Position numbers and translations under genes: made by a program
Shown here: positions 61,772 through 64,000 of the stretch, in pieces
Layout of the letters: each line of letters starts with the position of its first letter
How positions within the stretch are numbered: position 1 is the first letter of the stretch
Assembly: GCA_045653035.1 (NCBI GenBank)
Contig: JAZOLO010000003.1
Coordinates: 24,514-88,513 of the forward strand
From: Eubacteriales bacterium
GTDB taxonomy: Bacteria > Bacillota > Clostridia > Oscillospirales > SIG627
Length of the DNA: 64,000 nucleotides
Direction of reading: 5' to 3'
Notes under the pieces: generated by a model
Told to the model about the DNA's origin: nothing
The model's input: the letters and a program-made list of their open reading frames with translations, nothing else
Database searches by the model: none

Positions 61772-62803
61772 ATGGATTTAAACGAAAGAAAAAGAAGGAT
61801 ACTGAAATCCATTGTCGATACGTATATCTCATCGGGAGAGCCTGTAGGCTCCAAGTATTTAAGCGATGCTTTGGGCTTTGAGCTTTCTTCTGCTACTATA
61901 AGAAACGAGATGAGCGAGCTTGAAAGTCTTGGGCTTTTAGAGCAGCCTCACACCTCGGCAGGACGAGTTCCCTCAAGCCTTGGATACAAGATGTACGTTG
62001 ACAGTCTGATGAACCAATACTCCTTATCTCTTGAGGAAATCAACGTGCTCAACGACGTCATGAACTCAAGGCTTCATCATCTCTCAGAGATAGTAGGAGA
62101 CCTTACAAGAGTTCTTTCGGATATGACGGATTACACCGCCTTTGCATATACTGCAAAGCCAAGGGCAAGTACCATTGTCAGATACGAGGGTGTATATCTA
62201 TCCCCCAGAAATTTTCTCCTGGTAATGATTACCTCACAGGATAACGTAAAGACAAGACAGATAAAAACCGATATCACTCTCACAAGCGAAGTGCTTACGG
62301 TTATTATAAAGCTTCTTAATGAAAATCTCTCCTCGGTAAATATAGAGCAGATGAATTTAGAGGATATTTACGCACTTGAGGACAAGTTCGGAGTTTACAG
62401 AGGTCTTCTTTCGGATATATTAAGAATAGTGGTAGATACTGTCAGAGGAGAGAACGAAAAAGAGGTTTACCTTGACGGAATGTCAAATATTTTAAAGCAT
62501 CCCGACTTTGCGGATATTTCAAAAACGAGAAGTCTTATTTCACTGCTTGAAGACAAGGAGGACCTTATCCGCATGATAACCGACCCCTCGGTAGGTCACG
62601 ACGGACTCAACGTACTTATCGGTGACGATACCTTTGAGGAGGGTCTTAATAAAACAAGCTGTGTATACCATAAATTCAATATAGGAGATAACATGACGGG
62701 TGTTCTTGGACTTATCGGTCCAAAACGAATGGACTACTCGGGAGTTATAGCAAGACTTGAATACGTAGTAAGAAATCTTATCGGCGACGAGGAATCTAAT
62801 TAA
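61772..62803 (+). CDS. hrcA: Heat-inducible transcription repressor HrcA
   Basis: Starts MDLNERKRRILKSIVDTYISSGEPVGSKYL.... The track start at 61739 is a GTG inside CIRCE. Confidence 0.93.
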   Translation: MDLNERKRRILKSIVDTYISSGEPVGSKYLSDALGFELSSATIRNEMSELESLGLLEQPHTSAGRVPSSLGYKMYVDSLMNQYSLSLEEINVLNDVMNSRLHHLSEIVGDLTRVLSDMTDYTAFAYTAKPRASTIVRYEGVYLSPRNFLLVMITSQDNVKTRQIKTDITLTSEVLTVIIKLLNENLSSVNIEQMNLEDIYALEDKFGVYRGLLSDILRIVVDTVRGENEKEVYLDGMSNILKHPDFADISKTRSLISLLEDKEDLIRMITDPSVGHDGLNVLIGDDTFEEGLNKTSCVYHKFNIGDNMTGVLGLIGPKRMDYSGVIARLEYVVRNLIGDEESN

Positions 62804-62823
62804 CTTATCAGAAAGGACAAGAC

Positions 62824-63342
62824 ATGGCAGAAGAAAAGAAAGAGCTTGAAACCGAGGAAGCTGTAGAAAATGCTGAGGAAACAGTGACCGAGGAAGAAGC
62901 AGTAGCAGAAGAAAAGACAGTAACTGCTAGCGAGTATGCTGAGCTTTATGACAAATATCTGAGAAACATTGCAGAATTTGACAACTACAAGAAGCGTACT
63001 CAAAAAGAAAAAGATGAAATTTATTCCATAGCAAAGGCAGACGTGGTAACGTCGCTTCTTCCCGTTATCGACAACTTTGAGAGAGCTGAAAAGTTCTCGA
63101 AGGATGCGGGTGTCGAGGAAGGAATGGCACTTATCAAAAAGCAATTTGCGGAATTTCTTAAAAAAATCGGAGTTGAAGAAATTGAGGCGGAAATGAAGCC
63201 CTTTGACCCCAACTTCCACAACGCTGTTCTCCATGAGGACAAAGAGGATATTCCCGAAAACACCGTAGTCGAGGTGCTTCAGAAGGGATATATTCTAGGT
63301 GAAAAGGTAATACGACATGCGATGGTTAAAGTCGCAAACTAA
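62824..63342 (+). CDS. grpE: Nucleotide exchange factor GrpE
   Basis: Acidic N-terminus, then ...YLRNIAEFDNYKKRTQKE... and ...FDPNFHNAV.... Confidence 0.93.
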   Translation: MAEEKKELETEEAVENAEETVTEEEAVAEEKTVTASEYAELYDKYLRNIAEFDNYKKRTQKEKDEIYSIAKADVVTSLLPVIDNFERAEKFSKDAGVEEGMALIKKQFAEFLKKIGVEEIEAEMKPFDPNFHNAVLHEDKEDIPENTVVEVLQKGYILGEKVIRHAMVKVAN

Positions 63343-63346
63343 ATAA

Positions 63347-64000
<654 letters not shown>

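Overview
This is a chromosomal window from a low-GC Firmicute, most likely class Clostridia (taxonomy is inferred from gene content only). It is densely packed with housekeeping genes. About 90% of the genes left of ~52 kb are on the minus strand, and most genes right of it are on the plus strand.

Recognisable blocks, left to right:
- M24 peptidase (partial) and an AraC regulator.
- rplM-rpsI, ttcA, and an AI-2E transporter.
- A 12-kb seven-gene sugar-ABC-like operon (5744-17890, minus strand).
- mnmA-rnhA, rsuA-like, ABC-F, and ppa.
- The classical origin-proximal block rpmH-rnpA-yidD-yidC-jag-mnmE-mnmG-rsmG, with no dnaA/dnaN next to it.
- An orphan solute-binding lipoprotein.
- dnaG followed by TWO tandem full-length sigma-70/SigA paralogs and mtnN.
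- comM/yifB, DUF554, ileS, cls, and pyk.
- An amino-acid ABC operon ending in an M18 aminopeptidase.
- rnfCDGEAB, spoVG, murC, and ychF.
- A small accessory-looking patch: a SLOG-like gene, a MITE-like nested palindrome, and an XRE repressor.
- CIRCE-hrcA-grpE-dnaK (partial).

I saw no rRNA, tRNA, CRISPR array, transposase, integrase or recognisable defence genes.

The best candidate for an undescribed system is the 5744-17890 operon. It has two MalF/MalG-type permease pairs and no ATPase. It also encodes a 1077-aa non-lipoprotein binding protein with tandem beta-sandwich modules, an exported NHL-propeller/TPR/Yip1 membrane fusion, and a ~940-aa secreted protein of unknown function.

Secondary items:
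- The tandem SigA paralogs.
- A 149-bp nested palindrome with 5-bp direct-repeat flanks.
- An intrinsic terminator sitting between a promoterless gene and its only possible promoter.
- An unannotated 55-aa Cys-rich ORF.
- An origin-like strand switch at ~52.0-52.4 kb.

All domain calls come from reading the translations by eye. No database search was run.
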